Shown: piece after piece, positions 9,762 to 20,177 of the stretch
Layout of the letters: each line of letters opens with the position of its first letter
Numbering within the stretch: the stretch's first letter is position 1
IMG/VR virus record: IMGVR_UViG_3300025133_000063
Coordinates: 16,405 to 80,404 of that record
Length of the DNA stretch: 64,000 bases
Direction: 5' to 3' (one strand)
Source of the DNA: a virus
Position numbers and translations under genes: made by a program
The notes under the pieces: model-generated
Told to the model about the DNA's origin: nothing
What the model saw: only the letters and a program-made list of their open reading frames with translations
Database searches by the model: none

Positions 9762-10904
9762 ATGAATAGAATTTATTATTATGGTGTCGGTTCACTACAC
9801 AACAACGAGAGTTCCGTCGACGGCGGAAAGCACATTCGGTTACCTTTGGTTGAGGCGTTTAAGAAAAATGGTTTCGATGTTACATGGCTTGGGTTTGAAA
9901 CTTCTGGTAATGTAAAAAACCACTATCTTGATCTTATCGGTCTTTATGCAGATGATTTTAATCATGATGTACGAGATCAAGTTGACAATCATTCAAGTCA
10001 ATTTATGAATAGCGAAAAGACAGGTATTACAGACAGCGCTAAAAATCATATTAAAAATAACCCCGGAGTACTATTGGTTGAATTACGACCAAAACTTGAT
10101 AAGCCAGGTTATAATTTTATGAACGAATACAATGTACAAATGGAATACGTGTATGAATTTCTAAATAATAATCTTCCAGTATTTATTTGGGATCAAGATG
10201 GCTGGTGTGATATGCTTCCAGACGACATTAAAGATGACGTTGTACTACTGAAGCCTTATACGGAGATGCTTGATTCAAGCTTTCCAAAGCAAGAAGATTT
10301 TTTGTTTGGTTGGTTTAAACCACAATTTGATAATAAGTTAGCAACATTGGCAAAAAACAAAAAGTTTGATGTTGGCTATTGTGGTAATGTTTATGGCCGT
10401 CGTGATGATTTTTATGAATATTTTGGCCGTTTTGCAAAGACAGATAGAGCCGTAAATATTCAAGGGAATTGGCTTCGCAAGAAGTATGGTGATAGAGACT
10501 TTTCGTTAGATAATTTTCCAAACTTCATGTTTTTTGGTAGAACACCACACTGGTCAACACTACCAACTATTGCAATGAGTAAATCTGTTTTTCATTTTTC
10601 AAATCCACACCAGCAAAATATTGGTATGCCAACCGCTCGAGTCTTTGAGGCACTGATGGGTAAATCAACGTTGTTTTGTTCATCAAAGATTAAAAATATT
10701 GATAGGTTTGTACCAGAAGAATTAATTGTCGAAACCGGTGATGAATTGTTTGAAAAATGGAATGCTATTGAATGCGATGGAAATTGGGAGCACTATCGAC
10801 AATTATTCGTTGATAAGCTAGCTGTTTATGAACATACATATGATTATAGGGCAAAGCAGTTTATCTCATATATTAATAAATATTTTGGTGGTAGACAACA
10901 ATGA
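9762..10904 (+). CDS. GT-B glycosyltransferase (T4 beta-glucosyltransferase / CgeB-like), putative DNA glycosyltransferase
   Basis: KKFDVGYCG, NIQGN, FFGRTP, TARVFEAL and EHTYDYRA parallel the C-terminal nucleotide-sugar-binding domain of T4 BGT and CgeB-like proteins. Confidence 0.7.
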   Translation: MNRIYYYGVGSLHNNESSVDGGKHIRLPLVEAFKKNGFDVTWLGFETSGNVKNHYLDLIGLYADDFNHDVRDQVDNHSSQFMNSEKTGITDSAKNHIKNNPGVLLVELRPKLDKPGYNFMNEYNVQMEYVYEFLNNNLPVFIWDQDGWCDMLPDDIKDDVVLLKPYTEMLDSSFPKQEDFLFGWFKPQFDNKLATLAKNKKFDVGYCGNVYGRRDDFYEYFGRFAKTDRAVNIQGNWLRKKYGDRDFSLDNFPNFMFFGRTPHWSTLPTIAMSKSVFHFSNPHQQNIGMPTARVFEALMGKSTLFCSSKIKNIDRFVPEELIVETGDELFEKWNAIECDGNWEHYRQLFVDKLAVYEHTYDYRAKQFISYINKYFGGRQQ

Positions 10905-11905
10905 TTGCTGCGCCAACAATACCTCAGCGTGTATTAGTTACAGGTTGCTGTGGTTTCATCGGCGCGCATGTAGTAACAGCCCTTCTTGATAAAGGGTATA
11001 TTGTTGATGGCATTGATAATATGTCAACAGCAAATTATGACTTTTTTGTTACAGAGCATACTAAAAGGTCAATTAGGGTGTTACCTACTGAGATGGGTTT
11101 TATTTGGGAAACCACGGCTGAGGAGCATGATAAATCTGATATTATTGTATTTGAAGGTGATTTTGTAGATCCATTTATTTTAAGGCGTATTATAAGCGAT
11201 AAGTACGATGCCGTAATTCACTTGGCTGCCGAACCTCGAATAGAATATTCAATTAAATATCCAGTTAGTACTTACGAAAATAATTGTCAAAAGACAACAG
11301 AGCTATTTCATGTTTGTGCAAATACAAACACAAGGGTTGTGTTTGCCTCCTCTGCTGCGGTCTATGGTAATACACCAACACCGTCGTTAGAGGCAGGCCT
11401 GTTAAAACCAGCATCACCTTATGCCATTCAGAAAAAACATTCTGAAGAGATTGGATTACTTTTTTCCGATTTATATGATTTACAGTTTGTAGCACTTAGG
11501 TTTTTTAACGTATATGGTCGTGGACAACTTGGTAATTCTTCATATTCGACAGTTATTGCTTCATGGCTTGATAAGCTAAAAAATAAATCTCCTCTGCGAT
11601 TAGATGGTGATGGAGAACAAACAAGGGATTATATTAATGTACTAGATGTAGCACAAGCTTGTCTGACTGCAGTACAATATGAGAAATCAGACATATTTAA
11701 TATTGCATCTGGTGTATCAATATCAAACAATGACGTGCTTAATATATTGGCAACATATGTTGATATTGTTACTAAAAATGCACCGCCACGAATAGGTGAT
11801 ATTAAACATAGTCTTGCCAACATAGAAAAAGCCAATAAATGTCTTAAATTTAATTCACGAATAGATATTAATGCTGGTTTAAAAGAGCTAATATTAGCAA
11901 AATAG
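10901..11905 (+). CDS. NAD-dependent nucleotide-sugar epimerase/dehydratase (extended SDR)
   Basis: TGCCGFIG, HLAA, ASSAAVYG, YAIQK (YxxxK), LRFFNVYG, GDGEQTRDY. Confidence 0.92.
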   Translation: MIAAPTIPQRVLVTGCCGFIGAHVVTALLDKGYIVDGIDNMSTANYDFFVTEHTKRSIRVLPTEMGFIWETTAEEHDKSDIIVFEGDFVDPFILRRIISDKYDAVIHLAAEPRIEYSIKYPVSTYENNCQKTTELFHVCANTNTRVVFASSAAVYGNTPTPSLEAGLLKPASPYAIQKKHSEEIGLLFSDLYDLQFVALRFFNVYGRGQLGNSSYSTVIASWLDKLKNKSPLRLDGDGEQTRDYINVLDVAQACLTAVQYEKSDIFNIASGVSISNNDVLNILATYVDIVTKNAPPRIGDIKHSLANIEKANKCLKFNSRIDINAGLKELILAK

Positions 11906-11913
11906 GAATTTAA

Positions 11914-12303
11914 ATGGGTGATGGGTATAAAACGGTTTGGAGTACTACCTCAGACAATGTAACTAAAGACTGGGGTTCTGAAACCACAATAGGAACATTA
12001 AATACCATTAGGGCTAAAGTAATTTATATTGATTCTGGAAAGCAAACATCGCTGAAGTATTATACGAATAAAGATGAAATACTTTTTGTTCGAACCGGTA
12101 AAATTCTTGTTGAATTTGATTCTGAAAAATATCATTTTCAAGATAGATCTAAGCAATTAAAGACAACAACATTAGTTGCAGGTGATGTTTTATATGTTCA
12201 ATCAATGTGCCCATATAGAATCAGCGCAGTAGAATATTCCGAAATTATTGAAATAGGCTCTGGTGGAAATTCTGAGGCAATAAGGATTACAAGGGAATTT
12301 TAA
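11914..12303 (+). CDS. Cupin-fold protein (sugar isomerase-like)
   Basis: KDWGSE, SLKYY..KDE.LFV..G, L.AGD.LYV. The metal-binding His positions appear substituted by Tyr. Confidence 0.65.
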   Translation: MGDGYKTVWSTTSDNVTKDWGSETTIGTLNTIRAKVIYIDSGKQTSLKYYTNKDEILFVRTGKILVEFDSEKYHFQDRSKQLKTTTLVAGDVLYVQSMCPYRISAVEYSEIIEIGSGGNSEAIRITREF

Positions 12304-13292
12304 TGGGAAGACCTAATCCGAATGAAGTCGAAATAGTTTTATATCATGCAAACTGTAGTGATGGCTTCGGCGCAGCCTGGGCTGCATGGAAACTTCTTGG
12401 CTCAAAGGCAAAATATATTGCATGTAAGCATGGTACCTCACCACCAGATGTAACTGGAAAAAATGTAGCAATATGTGATTTTAGTTTTGATAATGTAACA
12501 ACAAAACAAATGATTGAAGATGCAAACTCGCTTGTTATACTTGATCATCATAAATCTGCAGTTGTAGAATTGCATGATATATCAGAAGCTATATTCGACA
12601 TGAATCATTCAGGTGCTGTAATTACTTGGAAATTTTTCCACCCTGGAAAAGAACCTCCAAGACTTTTGAATCTAATTGAAGATCGAGATCTTTGGAAATG
12701 GAAGATCTCTTATTCAAAAGAGTTTAGTGCGTATTTCGACATGGTTCCGTTTGAATTCGAAGAGTTTTCAAAATTTGAAGATGAATCAGTAATAGAAGCT
12801 GCAATGAAACAGGGCGCAATTATTTTGGCCTATTCTAAGACGGTTGTCAAAAAAATCGCAGATAAAGCAAAAAAGAGAGTGTTTAAAGGCAAAAACGCGT
12901 ATGTTGTAAACTCATCTCACTGGATGTCTGAAATCGGCTCACGACTTGCACCTGATTGCGATGTAGCCGTTATATGGTATTATGATCACGAGCAGCGAAA
13001 TATTAAGGTAAGCCTAAGGGCTCATCATGACAATATAGACGTTTCAGAATTTGCAAAAGAATTTGGCGGTGGTGGCCATCCTAAGGCTGCTGGTTTTACT
13101 TTACCTGGTGATACTGTTGTCGATGATTTATTTGATGTTGTAGAAGAAAAAGTAGACACATCTGCCGCAAAAGAAGAACTTGAAAAGATTAAGGCACAAC
13201 TCGAAGAAGCTGGAGATGTCGAAAAAGCCGCAGCTATTGAAGCGGCAACTGTACTGCTGACAGGCGTATCAACCACTGATAAAGAAGATTAA
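12303..13292 (+). CDS. DHH/DHHA1 phosphoesterase
   Basis: YHANCSDG, LDHH, EDRDLW, SLR, GGGGHPKAAGF. Confidence 0.9.
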   Translation: MGRPNPNEVEIVLYHANCSDGFGAAWAAWKLLGSKAKYIACKHGTSPPDVTGKNVAICDFSFDNVTTKQMIEDANSLVILDHHKSAVVELHDISEAIFDMNHSGAVITWKFFHPGKEPPRLLNLIEDRDLWKWKISYSKEFSAYFDMVPFEFEEFSKFEDESVIEAAMKQGAIILAYSKTVVKKIADKAKKRVFKGKNAYVVNSSHWMSEIGSRLAPDCDVAVIWYYDHEQRNIKVSLRAHHDNIDVSEFAKEFGGGGHPKAAGFTLPGDTVVDDLFDVVEEKVDTSAAKEELEKIKAQLEEAGDVEKAAAIEAATVLLTGVSTTDKED

Positions 13293-13310
13293 TTGTAAGA
13301 AAGATATAAA

Positions 13311-13760
13311 ATGTTGGACCTAAATAATATCACTGACCGTGAACGACAAAAAATAAATGTTTTTAAGAATGTTTGCGTTGAAATATCAACATTGTCACAT
13401 GATCCAAAACTTAAAGTTGGTACAATTATTATTACCGATGATTTTAGAGATGTCTGCGCAATTGGGTTGAACGGAAATTATACCGGCGGCCCAAATTCTC
13501 GTGATTCTAATGAGGTAGGAATGTCTGGTTTTTTACATTCTGAGGAAAATGCTCTTTTTCACTTAAGCAAGCCATATGAGCTTCGTGATAATTTAATAAT
13601 GATTTGCACACATAAGCCATGCCCAATGTGTGCAAAAAGAATAGTAAATTCAGGTATAAAACGAATACTATATATAAATGAATATAACGCTCTTGGAACA
13701 GCAACCGATATTATATTCAAGCACAGCAACGTTTTTTGTTCAAGTATACACGATATCTGA
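13311..13760 (+). CDS. dCMP deaminase family protein
   Basis: HSEENA and PCPMC Zn motifs; KVGTII. Confidence 0.88.
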   Translation: MLDLNNITDRERQKINVFKNVCVEISTLSHDPKLKVGTIIITDDFRDVCAIGLNGNYTGGPNSRDSNEVGMSGFLHSEENALFHLSKPYELRDNLIMICTHKPCPMCAKRIVNSGIKRILYINEYNALGTATDIIFKHSNVFCSSIHDI

Positions 13761-13823
13761 ATATAATAAGGTTATTAAACCAATAATCATTATAATTAAG
13801 ATTGTTATTTTTTTTGGAGTTGA

Positions 13824-15917
13824 ATGATGTCAAACAAGTCTGCCCTTTTATTATATGAAGGACTGTTGGAAATATACGAACTTGCTTACGAAGCAAAAGC
13901 TGAAAAACCAATGTTGTATGAAGGTGTTGGATATTCACCTTTGCAAATTGTATTACAAGAAGCAGGTGCCGAAGCGAAAAGTAAAGGTAAGAAGAAAAAA
14001 GGTAAAGGTGGAAATTTTCTAGCTAGAACAACTGCAGCAGTAAAAAAAATAACTGCCGCCGGAGAGGCGGGTGTAAAAGAGCTTACTACTTTACGTGATA
14101 GTCTTCAAGCTACAGATCCACCAATGATAAATTCAGTTACTGCAGCAACTAAGGCAATAGACAAATTAAAAAAATCAATGCCTGGCTCTGGTTTTCTTGG
14201 AAAAATTTCTACATTAGGTTCTGCAATTTTTGGTAATGAAGATGATCCAATTGAGGCAATAACTGAAATTGTTGCAGATTCTGCAGCGTTCCAAACAATG
14301 ATATCAAATATAGTTAAGGCAGTGTTGGAAAAGCTGGACGAAATTAAACCAGAAGAGATTGTTGAGCAAGAAGCTGAAGATAACGAAGATGCTGCTCCAA
14401 TTGATGATTCTCAAAAAAATGAATATATTAAACAAATAAAAGAAAAAATGCTTTCTGGAACCATTAATGATATATTAAGTTCTGATGATGAAATGTATGT
14501 GGCAGTTAGGGAAGCAACAGGTTTTAATAGCGGCATAATTAAAAAGGCAATTAAGACATCTGCGAAACCAGCAAAATGGTTTTCAGGTTTAAAGAGCCTT
14601 GGAGGTGCCTTAGGTATTGGCCTTGGCGGCGATTTACCATTTAAGAAATTTGGATTAAAGATCGGAGGCTTGGAGCAAGATATTATACTTGTAAAAATAT
14701 CATCACTACGTGAATTAGCAGGTGGAGTAAAACCAGATAAAAAAGATGCAGCAGTAATAAAAACAACGACTGCTGCAATTGGTGATCTGGCTGATATTAA
14801 GAACGATCAGCAAAACCAGCCAGAGGCACAGCCTGATGAAGGTACTACAACTCCTGGTTCTACTAGTGAAGACCCATCCGGAGATGTAGCCGACGAGCCC
14901 ACCCCGGAGCAAGCAGAGGACAAAAGTAAGTACCTTAAAATTGTTAAGACCGTTCCAGGCCTTAATGATCCTGAAGGTGCTGCTACTAAATTGGCATCGC
15001 TTCTAGCCGCTGATATTTCATTTTCTAGGGTGTCACTTCTTGATATATTGTCTGAGAAGGTATTGAGATATGACGACGTTGTTGCATCGATGAAAGATCA
15101 TTTACCAGAAAATGAAACAGAAATTCCAGCAGTTGTAAAGAAGCTTGCTGATGAAGTAAAAGTCGAGCTTGGTGCTGATTTTGATATAGTTGGAATACCG
15201 TCTGCATCGGAACAGCTTGAAAAATTACGTGCAGAGTTAGCTGCTTTACGTGATGAAATAAAATCTGCACCTGAAGATGATAGAGAAGCACTTGAAACAG
15301 AGTTATCTTCTAGGCTTGAAGACGACGGGTTAGATTCAGCTGTTGCTGAAGACTTAGTTGATGTTAATACAGATCTTGATTCTGCCATTGAAGATTCAAC
15401 AGCCGGTCTAGATGTTGAAGAGGAAGAGGACAAATTAGCACAAATGATAGATTTTATTCAGAAATTAAAATCATCATACGACAAAATCTATTCTGACACA
15501 ATTGAAGATACACCTGCAGTAGAAGATGAAGGCGAAGAATCTAAGGCTACAAAAACTACTAGAGAACCAGGCTCATATTGGAAAGTATCAGATGAAGCTT
15601 TGGCAAAGGATAGTAAAAAACGTCCATGGGCAGCAAAGGGTAAAGGGCCAAAGTCAAAGAAGCAACAGCGGTTTAAGAGTGAAGAATCTGCAAAAAAATA
15701 CTCCCTTAAGACAGAGCGGATTGTACTTGCAAATATGCGTGCTTATATTTTAAATGAAACAAACAATTTTAGAAAAGTATCAAATATGCCTCCACGTGAA
15801 GTTATTGTTGAATATTATAGACTTGGTGGAACAAACAACAGAATAAAACAAGTGCTGACTGAATCTTCATTTGATTCTTCACGCTTAAGTCTTCTTGCTG
15901 GAATTACAAATGAATAA
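13824..15917 (+). CDS. Large acidic hypothetical protein, putative virion/internal head protein
   Basis: 697 aa with many LxE sites (LLYE, LLE, MLYE, VLQE, ILNE, VLTE) and C-terminal RLSLLAGI. ATAATTA element upstream. Confidence 0.6.
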   Translation: MMSNKSALLLYEGLLEIYELAYEAKAEKPMLYEGVGYSPLQIVLQEAGAEAKSKGKKKKGKGGNFLARTTAAVKKITAAGEAGVKELTTLRDSLQATDPPMINSVTAATKAIDKLKKSMPGSGFLGKISTLGSAIFGNEDDPIEAITEIVADSAAFQTMISNIVKAVLEKLDEIKPEEIVEQEAEDNEDAAPIDDSQKNEYIKQIKEKMLSGTINDILSSDDEMYVAVREATGFNSGIIKKAIKTSAKPAKWFSGLKSLGGALGIGLGGDLPFKKFGLKIGGLEQDIILVKISSLRELAGGVKPDKKDAAVIKTTTAAIGDLADIKNDQQNQPEAQPDEGTTTPGSTSEDPSGDVADEPTPEQAEDKSKYLKIVKTVPGLNDPEGAATKLASLLAADISFSRVSLLDILSEKVLRYDDVVASMKDHLPENETEIPAVVKKLADEVKVELGADFDIVGIPSASEQLEKLRAELAALRDEIKSAPEDDREALETELSSRLEDDGLDSAVAEDLVDVNTDLDSAIEDSTAGLDVEEEEDKLAQMIDFIQKLKSSYDKIYSDTIEDTPAVEDEGEESKATKTTREPGSYWKVSDEALAKDSKKRPWAAKGKGPKSKKQQRFKSEESAKKYSLKTERIVLANMRAYILNETNNFRKVSNMPPREVIVEYYRLGGTNNRIKQVLTESSFDSSRLSLLAGITNE

Positions 15918-16299
15918 AATTTTATCTGAACAATTACGCAAAGAATATGTTTCAAAATTACTTGAAGCCCTTAAAGAAGTTGACATTCTTGATAAAGAAG
16001 GAAACATTTTAATATCAAAAGATCTAAAGGTTTTTCATAAAAAGTCTGGATATGAATATACAGTTCATGATGTTGTTAATACACCAGAAGGTATTAAGGT
16101 TATGTTGCGGCTACCAGATTCACCACGTCCTATCCAGGGCAAAGCAACAAGACCGTTGGATGAAATATCCACCGATAACTTAGAAGTCCCAGAAACAACT
16201 CATAATGATACTAATCCTTCAGCACTTTCTGATTTGGTCGATGATGACATATTTATTGTTGATGAAGAATTATTTGAAAAGGAATACGAGGTAAAATGA
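15910..16299 (+). CDS. Hypothetical protein with leader-like N-terminus
   Basis: MNKILSEQLRKEYVSKLLE; overlaps the upstream stop. Confidence 0.6.
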   Translation: MNKILSEQLRKEYVSKLLEALKEVDILDKEGNILISKDLKVFHKKSGYEYTVHDVVNTPEGIKVMLRLPDSPRPIQGKATRPLDEISTDNLEVPETTHNDTNPSALSDLVDDDIFIVDEELFEKEYEVK

Positions 16300-16982
16300 A
16301 AATCACAGAAAAAGATATCGTTTCTGGAATTATTAACGATTTAAAAATAGATAAATTACGTAAAGTAAATGAAGCGTATGTAGTATCATCACAGAAATTT
16401 GATTATAATGTTGATATTGTAGGTGATAAGACAAAGCTTGCACATCAAAAGTTACTTAACGATTACGTTGATTCACTAAATAAAATTGCCGCTGAACTTG
16501 ATACTGTAAATAGAGATGATGCAAATTCCACGAATTCTATTTATCGTTCATTTAAAATTGATGAAGTATATAATTTAAATGCTGCTTTTCTTCATGGAAT
16601 GTTTTTTGAAAATATTACTGAAAGTTCGACTATTACAGTCGACTCTCTGGCATTTTTACGCTTAGAACGTGATTTTGGAAGTTTTGATAGCTGGCAAAAA
16701 GATTTTATAGCCACGGCTCAATCCGCTAGAAGCGGTTGGGCTGTTACTGTTTACAATACATTTTTGCGAAGATATATTAATGTTGTTGTTGATTCACACG
16801 CAAATAATGTTCCATTTAGTTCTTATCCAGTTATAGTAATTGATATGTGGGAGCATGCATATTTTGATGATTATCTTAATGATAAAAAGAAATATATATA
16901 TGCAGTAATGAAACAGCTTGATTGGCAAAAAATCAATGAAAGATTTCAACGTGCCGAAGATATTGCCGAGGTTTTTAAATGA
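16296..16982 (+). CDS. Fe/Mn superoxide dismutase with N-terminal extension
   Basis: AHQKL, FLHGMFF, FGSFDSW, SGWA and DMWEHAY; all four metal ligands are present. Confidence 0.9.
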   Translation: MKITEKDIVSGIINDLKIDKLRKVNEAYVVSSQKFDYNVDIVGDKTKLAHQKLLNDYVDSLNKIAAELDTVNRDDANSTNSIYRSFKIDEVYNLNAAFLHGMFFENITESSTITVDSLAFLRLERDFGSFDSWQKDFIATAQSARSGWAVTVYNTFLRRYINVVVDSHANNVPFSSYPVIVIDMWEHAYFDDYLNDKKKYIYAVMKQLDWQKINERFQRAEDIAEVFK

Positions 16983-17563
16983 TTAAAACAGACAAACTAA
17001 GTCTTAAAATGCTTTTAGAAGAAGAAGAACCTGTTGAAGATGATGCTGAAGTTGTTGATTCCGATGACGAGGATCTACTTGATACAGACGACGAATCCAC
17101 CGATACAGATACTGACACGGATACATCTACGGACGCTACTGAGGAAGAGGTTGATGTTTCTGCTGATGAGGAGGTGGAATTAAAGAAGCCGTTAGAAGCA
17201 CAGGTTGATATGGTTTTAGGTGACTTTGAGATGGATGCCCTTAAGAGTGCAAAAGTTAATGAACATCTAACGTTTCGATCTATTCTAAATGAAGATACAA
17301 ACAATTTCGATGTCCAGCATTTTGCCAATAATGTTGCAAGATTAATTGACAATTACACAACCTTGCTAGATATAGAGTCGGCAATTTATTATCGAGCTAT
17401 AGCGATGTTGGAAAAAAATTATGGAGCGGACGTTGTTGATGCCTTCCGTGAAACATTACATAGCCGTCATGGTTTTGACTTTGGCGATGTTAGGATCGAT
17501 CCTATAGAAAATTCTGCTCCATTGGCACTTGGTTCCGGAGGCGAAGGCGGCGCCGGCGCATGA
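16979..17563 (+). CDS. Acidic hypothetical protein, putative virion protein
   Basis: LKMLLEE leader, D/E/T low-complexity tract, internal FRSILNE. Confidence 0.6.
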   Translation: MIKTDKLSLKMLLEEEEPVEDDAEVVDSDDEDLLDTDDESTDTDTDTDTSTDATEEEVDVSADEEVELKKPLEAQVDMVLGDFEMDALKSAKVNEHLTFRSILNEDTNNFDVQHFANNVARLIDNYTTLLDIESAIYYRAIAMLEKNYGADVVDAFRETLHSRHGFDFGDVRIDPIENSAPLALGSGGEGGAGA

Positions 17564-17841
17564 GTCAATTTCAAACCCACAAGTCGGTCCATATTAAACT
17601 TACAACAAGTACTCACTATAATTTAAGAATGGAATTGTTTAGGCGAGGATTGTCAATGCAAGAGGTATTAGAAGCACTATCATGTGAGTTTGTCAATGGA
17701 AATAAACATATTTGTAAAATTATAGACGAACTAGAATATAATAAAAAACACAAAATTAAGGTTAAGAAAGTTGCTAAAACGGATAATGAATCTATTTTTG
17801 ATGCCATTGCGGTCGATGGGCCTTTTACGAAAGAAGGATGA
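17560..17841 (+). CDS. Small protein, possible ribbon-helix-helix DNA binder
   Basis: KSVHIKL..STHYNLRMEL.RRGLSMQEVL strand-helix-helix pattern. Confidence 0.45.
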   Translation: MSQFQTHKSVHIKLTTSTHYNLRMELFRRGLSMQEVLEALSCEFVNGNKHICKIIDELEYNKKHKIKVKKVAKTDNESIFDAIAVDGPFTKEG

Positions 17842-18108
17842 TATGCTAGAAATAAATAGCACTATTTTACGTATTGAAACAAGCATCGCAAAGCTTAGCA
17901 ACGATAATCGTATTATAAAGAAAAATATTGAATTAATTAACAAAAAGACGAAAGAACTTGGTGTTGTTAACGATATACTTTTAAGTGTTCAGCAAAGTAT
18001 GCTTGATGAGTTTGTTGTTGAAAATCCTTCAAAACAAATAACGGTATTTCCATTGACATCAGATAATGATGATGATTTACCAAATTAAAAACAGCAGGAG
18101 AAAATAAT

Positions 18109-18297
18109 ATGGCAAAAGCACTTTTAGATAAGATTATTGAGAAATTTATTTCTAGAAAATTTTTAGTATTTGCAACCGCAACTGGTTTGATGGCTTATTC
18201 AAATTTAGATTCAGAGACCTGGGGCCTCATTGCAATTACATATATAGGTACTCAAGGTGCCGTTGACGCTATGAAAACTTGGAGACATGGAGGCTAA
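18109..18297 (+). CDS. Small two-TM holin-like protein
   Basis: SRKFLVFATATGLM...WGLIAITYIG; strong AGGAG ribosome binding site. Confidence 0.5.
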   Translation: MAKALLDKIIEKFISRKFLVFATATGLMAYSNLDSETWGLIAITYIGTQGAVDAMKTWRHGG

Positions 18298-18710
18298 TGT
18301 TAAATTCTGCCCTTGCAAAAGCCTTATTTTCATTTGCTAAAACAAATTGGAAAGAAATTCTTTTAGTTGGGTTTCTTATTGCTGCGTTGGGTAAAACCCG
18401 CGCTGACTATATGAGGTTAAAAGAAGCATATGCAACGACAGAGACGTCTTTAAGAAATCAACTGGATAGTCTTTCTGAACTACATGAAGAAGAATTACGC
18501 CTTCGCGACGAAGCAATTGAAAATTATCAAAGAGATTTAGTTGCGTTGCAAAAACAGTATGATGACAATTTAAGACAGGCCGATACTGATCGAGCCGAGC
18601 ATCATGAAGAAATTGTTAACGAGATAATAGACAATGATCAATTTTTTGAAAACAAGGATGAATTAGCGGAACGAATTAGTGATGCATTTGGATTTGAATA
18701 TGTTCATTAA
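18297..18710 (+). CDS. Protein with N-terminal TM and coiled coil (i-spanin-like)
   Basis: WKEILLVGFLIAALG followed by a long heptad coil; TAATG-coupled to the holin-like gene. Confidence 0.45.
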   Translation: MLNSALAKALFSFAKTNWKEILLVGFLIAALGKTRADYMRLKEAYATTETSLRNQLDSLSELHEEELRLRDEAIENYQRDLVALQKQYDDNLRQADTDRAEHHEEIVNEIIDNDQFFENKDELAERISDAFGFEYVH

Positions 18711-19134
18711 ATTTTTAATTTTATTGTTATTATCACCGGCCCATGCTCAAGATACGCCTTTTGAACCTGGCTCTTTTACAATTTTGAGTCAAAGGCAGTG
18801 TGCACCATTTAATGGGGTCTTATTTGATATTAATGCCACAGCAACATTATTAACCTTACCTGATTATTATGTATCACAATGTAAAGCAAAAATTGATTTT
18901 CAACTTGGTGAACAAGCTGCAGAACATCAACTTGAAATTACAAACCTGAATATTAGGCTTAATGCTTTAAGCGAACAATATACGACAACTATAACTCAAA
19001 AAGATTTTGAAATTGATGCACTTCAAGCAGCACTTACAAAAAATTCGTTTAGAAATCATTGGCTTTGGGCTCTTGGTGGTGTTGCTGTAGGGTCTGCGGC
19101 AACAATTGCTATAGTTGAAACGGTTAATAGATGA
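18700..19134 (+). CDS. Exported coiled-coil protein with C-terminal TM (spanin-partner-like)
   Basis: Signal peptide MFIKFLILLLLSPAHA; C-terminus WLWALGGVAVGSAATIAIV. Confidence 0.45.
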   Translation: MFIKFLILLLLSPAHAQDTPFEPGSFTILSQRQCAPFNGVLFDINATATLLTLPDYYVSQCKAKIDFQLGEQAAEHQLEITNLNIRLNALSEQYTTTITQKDFEIDALQAALTKNSFRNHWLWALGGVAVGSAATIAIVETVNR

Positions 19135-19158
19135 TATTTAAAACGTGAGGAATGAATA

Positions 19159-20163
19159 ATGTCACTTACTAAAAAAATTAAAAGTATTTTATTTGAAGAT
19201 TCATACAATATGTATGGTTCTGAATATATGTCACACCCTGTAGCAGAAAAAGATCAATTAACGATTCATGCTGAACTACCGATAGCACCTTCTGCCCATG
19301 CAAATATGCAGCTAACAGATTCTGCCCCCCCTATAGATGATGAGGCATATGTTCCAGTAAACAATAAAGAATTGGGTTCGGCTTTAGCCGCTTTAGCATT
19401 AAAGGTTCCAGATAATTTTGTTGGCAATGTATATAGACAAATTAAAGCAGTAGTTTTATCCGCAGAACAATCCGATGCCACCATGGTTTCTCCCGACGAC
19501 GCAGAGTCGAAGCCTTCCACTCCTCCGGAAGAAGAAATGTCTGAACGTTTAAACAGGCTAGTCTCTAAAATGTCTAATAACGCTAACCTAACTGAGTCTG
19601 ATTGGTCACAAATTAAATTTGGCGCTCAAGATGATGTTGAAGAGGAAGAGGAAGAGGAAATAGTTGATCGACCTCCTGATGTTGTGAAAGGTAAATACTT
19701 GGCACAATATTATAGAGACCGCCCTGGAAAAGATCCTTCAAAACATAAAGGTTCTGGTGAATCTACTATGGTTACTGGTACAGGTCGTTTATTACAGAAT
19801 GTCGTAAGACCATTACTTGATGTTCCCAAAGATCAACTTCAAGATGCAGTTGAATATTTAAGATTACAATTCAGAATGCTTACACGTGACGTTGAGACCC
19901 TACCTAAAGAAGCGCCAAAAACATTTTCTGGTATGTATTTAAAAAAATTAGTACCAAAATTAGACGATAATCAATTAGGTGCCAATTTTCTGACAACGGT
20001 CGTTAGAGATTTTAAAGATAGGAACGATAAGTGGTTAAACGATTTAGCTCAAAAAGCACTTGCTGAAACAGAATCAGAAAGAAAAGCGTTTCAACGTCTC
20101 AAAGATACACTTGCAAAAGAAGATCCAGCCCAGGCTGAATTGGTAGACAATTTAATTAATTAA
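19159..20163 (+). CDS. Hypothetical protein, putative virion protein
   Basis: MSLTKKIKSILFE leader-like start; ATATTTA upstream. Confidence 0.6.
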   Translation: MSLTKKIKSILFEDSYNMYGSEYMSHPVAEKDQLTIHAELPIAPSAHANMQLTDSAPPIDDEAYVPVNNKELGSALAALALKVPDNFVGNVYRQIKAVVLSAEQSDATMVSPDDAESKPSTPPEEEMSERLNRLVSKMSNNANLTESDWSQIKFGAQDDVEEEEEEEIVDRPPDVVKGKYLAQYYRDRPGKDPSKHKGSGESTMVTGTGRLLQNVVRPLLDVPKDQLQDAVEYLRLQFRMLTRDVETLPKEAPKTFSGMYLKKLVPKLDDNQLGANFLTTVVRDFKDRNDKWLNDLAQKALAETESERKAFQRLKDTLAKEDPAQAELVDNLIN

Positions 20164-20177
20164 GCCGGATAGTATAA

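Noticed and set aside
17040-17160. GATAC(A/T/G)-type short tandem repeats
   Set aside because: They are explained by a low-complexity Asp/Thr/Glu protein tract and do not form a regular DNA repeat.
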